DNA from: an uncultured delta proteobacterium | GTDB taxonomy: Bacteria; Desulfobacterota; Desulfobulbia; Desulfobulbales; Desulfocapsaceae | Direction of reading: 5' to 3' | Length of the DNA: 64,000 nucleotides | NCBI GenBank assembly: GCA_963707715.1 | Contig: CAVPRJ010000004.1 | Coordinates: forward strand, 3,219-67,218 | Shown: positions 61,711 through 64,000 of the stretch, one piece after another | Layout of the letters: each line of letters opens with the position of its first letter | How positions within the stretch are numbered: position 1 is the stretch's first letter | Translations under genes and position numbers: made by a program | The notes under the pieces: model-generated | The model's database searches: none | What the model was told of the DNA's origin: nothing | The model's input: the letters and a program-made list of their open reading frames with translations, nothing else

Positions 61711-62346
61711 CTAGCGGCAGACCACTCCCGCTGCTTTTAGCTCAGCGTTGATCTGCGCAGCAGATGCGGGATCGACCGCCCGGGTGCCCTCCAGCAGGAT
61801 GCTGGTCTGATAACCGAGTGATGCGCTGTCGAGTGCGGTGAACTTGACGCAGTAATCAAAGGCCAGGCCGACCACCTCGACCTCCGTAATACCGTAGGCC
61901 TGCAGGGCACGGTGCAGCCCGGTATCGTGTCGCCGGGCATTGTCGAAGAAGGCGGAATAGGAGTCCACCCGCGGATCCTGCCCTTTCTGGATGATCAACG
62001 AGCGCTGACCCTGCCTGGTGATATCGACCAGCGTCTGCCGAATTTCTTCGGCCAGGCGGGCCCCTTCGCTGCCGGCGATGCAGTGATCCGGCCAGAGCAT
62101 CTGGGCCAGACCGTCCAGCTCACCCAGCTCAAAGGGCTGCCTGCCCGGGTGGCTCGAAGAAAACGAGCCGTGTCCCTGCTGATGCCAGTCCTGGGTCGCC
62201 ACGATCAGCTCGTAGCGGCCCTCTTCGCGCATCAGCCGAAGGACAAAGGCAAGGATAGCATCACCGTCGGCCACGGCCAGCGCGCCGCCGGGCAGAAAAT
62301 CATTCTGTACATCGACTATAATCAAGGCTCTGCTCATGGTGTTCAC
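61711..62346 (-). CDS. pncA: Nicotinamidase/pyrazinamidase
   Basis: 'ALIIVDVQNDFLPGGALAV', 'DWHQQGHGSF' and 'VVGLAFDYCVKFTALDS' give the Asp-Lys-Cys triad context. Confidence 0.9.
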   Translation of the reverse strand: MNTMSRALIIVDVQNDFLPGGALAVADGDAILAFVLRLMREEGRYELIVATQDWHQQGHGSFSSSHPGRQPFELGELDGLAQMLWPDHCIAGSEGARLAEEIRQTLVDITRQGQRSLIIQKGQDPRVDSYSAFFDNARRHDTGLHRALQAYGITEVEVVGLAFDYCVKFTALDSASLGYQTSILLEGTRAVDPASAAQINAELKAAGVVCR

Positions 62347-62378
62347 CCATCAGTTGGAGAGACGATTCGAGCACTGCT

Positions 62379-63926
62379 CTAGCCGGAAGACCGACCGTTA
62401 TCGTGGTTTGCACTGAGGCGCTGTTTGATGATCTCGAATTCATGGCTGCGCATTTCTTCGCGGTGTCTGAACAGCTCCTCTGACAGACCGGCCGGATAGG
62501 CGTGCGGGTTGTCGAACCGAAAGATCGCTCGATCAAACGCCGCCAGGCCCTCGAGCGTCCGCTGCCGCATGGCCGAAACGGGCTCAATGCGGCCGATTCG
62601 TCGTCCGTTCTCAAACAAGGGTTCGAGCAGCAGCTTGATCTCTGTGTTCCTGGTCGAGATGATTTTTCTTTTCCAGGGATCTTCGGGGGAGATGATGGTA
62701 ATTACTTTTTGCGCGGTACTCGGCGGCTCCTCGGTAAGGGTATCGAAAATCACGTCTCCTACGTGAATAAGGCCCTGGCTCAGGCGGGCGATGTCAAGAC
62801 AGCCGGGCAGTGATGTCTTGGCCGCCTGCTCGGAAAGCTTGATTCGCTCGACGGTCTCGCCTTCGATATTCTCGATAGCGGCCAGTTTGTAAACGCCGCC
62901 CAGGGCCGGTTCATCGAAGGCTGTGGCCAGCTTGGTTCCAACGCCCCAGACATCGATCGGGGCCCCCTGGGACTTGAGGCTGGCGATCAGCCGCTCATCG
63001 AGATCGTTCGAGGCAACGATTCTGGTTGACTTAAAGCCATGGTCATCCAAAAGCCGTCGAGCCTGGCTCGACAGGTAGGCAAGATCGCCCGAATCCAGCC
63101 GGATACCGAGAAGCTCGGCCCCGCGCTGGCGAAGTTTTCTGCCGGCCTCGATCGCATTTCGCACCCCTTCCAGCGAGTTATAGGTATCCACCAGCAGCAC
63201 CGCGTTGTGCGGAAACTGGTCGATGTAAGCGTTAAATGCCTCAGGCTCGCTGTCAAAGGCCATAACCCAGCTATGGGCATGGGTTCCCCGCACCGGGATG
63301 CCGTAGCGGGCCGCCGCCAGAACGTTGGAGGTCGCGTCAACCCCGCCGATATAGGCGGCTCGGCTGGCTGACAGTCCACCGTTAAGGCCGTGGGCACGGC
63401 GCAGACCGAACTCGAGCACCTCGTCGCCGCCTGCGGCCAGACGAATCCGTGAGGCCTTGGTGGCCACCAGGGTCTGAAAATTCATCAGGGTCAGCAGCGT
63501 CGTTTCGATTAGCTGCGCATCCAGCAGCGGTGCGCGCACCCTGACAAGCGGTTCATGGGGGAAGATGATGGTTCCTTCGGGAACCGCTTCTATCGAGCCT
63601 CGAAATCGCCATCTGCCCAGAAAAACGAGGAAATCTTCAGTAAACAGCGGCTGGTCGTTGCTGCCTCTGAGGGACGCGAGAAAGTCGATATCCCCCTCGC
63701 TGAACCGATGCTTCTCAAGCCAATCGGCAAAGCTGCTCTGTCCGGCGGCAACAACATATCTGCCGCCAAAGGGAGGCTGCCGGTAGAACATGTGAAAAAT
63801 TGCACCCCGCCCGGTGAGACCGTGGGCATAATAGCCCTGGGCCATGGTAAGCTGATAGAAATCGGTGGCCAGCGCCCAGGAGGTGCCGGCCCGGTGCGTG
63901 GCTGCGTTCAAGGTATCTTCTGTCAC
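62379..63926 (-). CDS. pncB: Nicotinate phosphoribosyltransferase
   Basis: 'TDFYQLTMAQGYY', 'EFGLRRA', 'GTHAHSWVM' and 'GIRLDSGDLAYLS' are present. It lies directly upstream of pncA in the same orientation. Confidence 0.9.
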   Translation of the reverse strand: MTEDTLNAATHRAGTSWALATDFYQLTMAQGYYAHGLTGRGAIFHMFYRQPPFGGRYVVAAGQSSFADWLEKHRFSEGDIDFLASLRGSNDQPLFTEDFLVFLGRWRFRGSIEAVPEGTIIFPHEPLVRVRAPLLDAQLIETTLLTLMNFQTLVATKASRIRLAAGGDEVLEFGLRRAHGLNGGLSASRAAYIGGVDATSNVLAAARYGIPVRGTHAHSWVMAFDSEPEAFNAYIDQFPHNAVLLVDTYNSLEGVRNAIEAGRKLRQRGAELLGIRLDSGDLAYLSSQARRLLDDHGFKSTRIVASNDLDERLIASLKSQGAPIDVWGVGTKLATAFDEPALGGVYKLAAIENIEGETVERIKLSEQAAKTSLPGCLDIARLSQGLIHVGDVIFDTLTEEPPSTAQKVITIISPEDPWKRKIISTRNTEIKLLLEPLFENGRRIGRIEPVSAMRQRTLEGLAAFDRAIFRFDNPHAYPAGLSEELFRHREEMRSHEFEIIKQRLSANHDNGRSSG

Positions 63927-64000
63927 CGTCTGTCCCTGATCGATTGAAGCGCCTCCTTGGTTTGGAGGCGCCTGTGGTTAAATCCTAATGCTTGTTCACC

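Overview
This is a 64-kb chromosomal segment of about 57% GC from a Gram-negative bacterium. The gene content (KorAB-type 2-oxoacid:ferredoxin oxidoreductase, DUF4388-PilZ, HD-GYP, DUF4212+SSS transporter) suggests a Desulfobacterota-like deltaproteobacterium, but that is a low-confidence inference. I support about 55 protein genes. Most are housekeeping or metabolic: guaA/guaB, tgt, yajC, rpsA, ihfB-like, tsaC, ilvD, holA, clpS/clpA, rmuC, pncA/pncB, cobO and korAB. The rest are transporters (two polar-amino-acid ABC sets, DUF4212+SSS, AzlCD, MscS, MFS, an RCK K+ channel, SbmA/BacA) and second-messenger signalling genes (GAF-HD-GYP, Cache-PAS-CBS-DUF294, receiver-DUF4388-PilZ). I found no rRNA, tRNA, CRISPR array, transposase or integrase.

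The main observations are:
- Frameshifts are very unevenly distributed. About 23 fall in the first 3.1 kb and destroy a whole ABC importer operon. More hit sbmA, a nitroreductase, the C-terminus of the DUF294 protein and clpA. Adjacent and overlapping genes, and about 34 kb in the middle of the window, are clean.
- An 813-aa secreted repeat protein I cannot place in any family has a His...Cys dyad and is translationally coupled to holA.
- A 785-bp non-coding gap carries a strong sigma70-like promoter and a perfect 17-bp inverted repeat pair.
- Several signalling and RNA-related domain fusions look unusual.
- A B12-type radical SAM protein has CX4CX2C spacing instead of the canonical CX3CX2C.

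All functional calls come from motif recognition by eye in the supplied translations. No database search was run.
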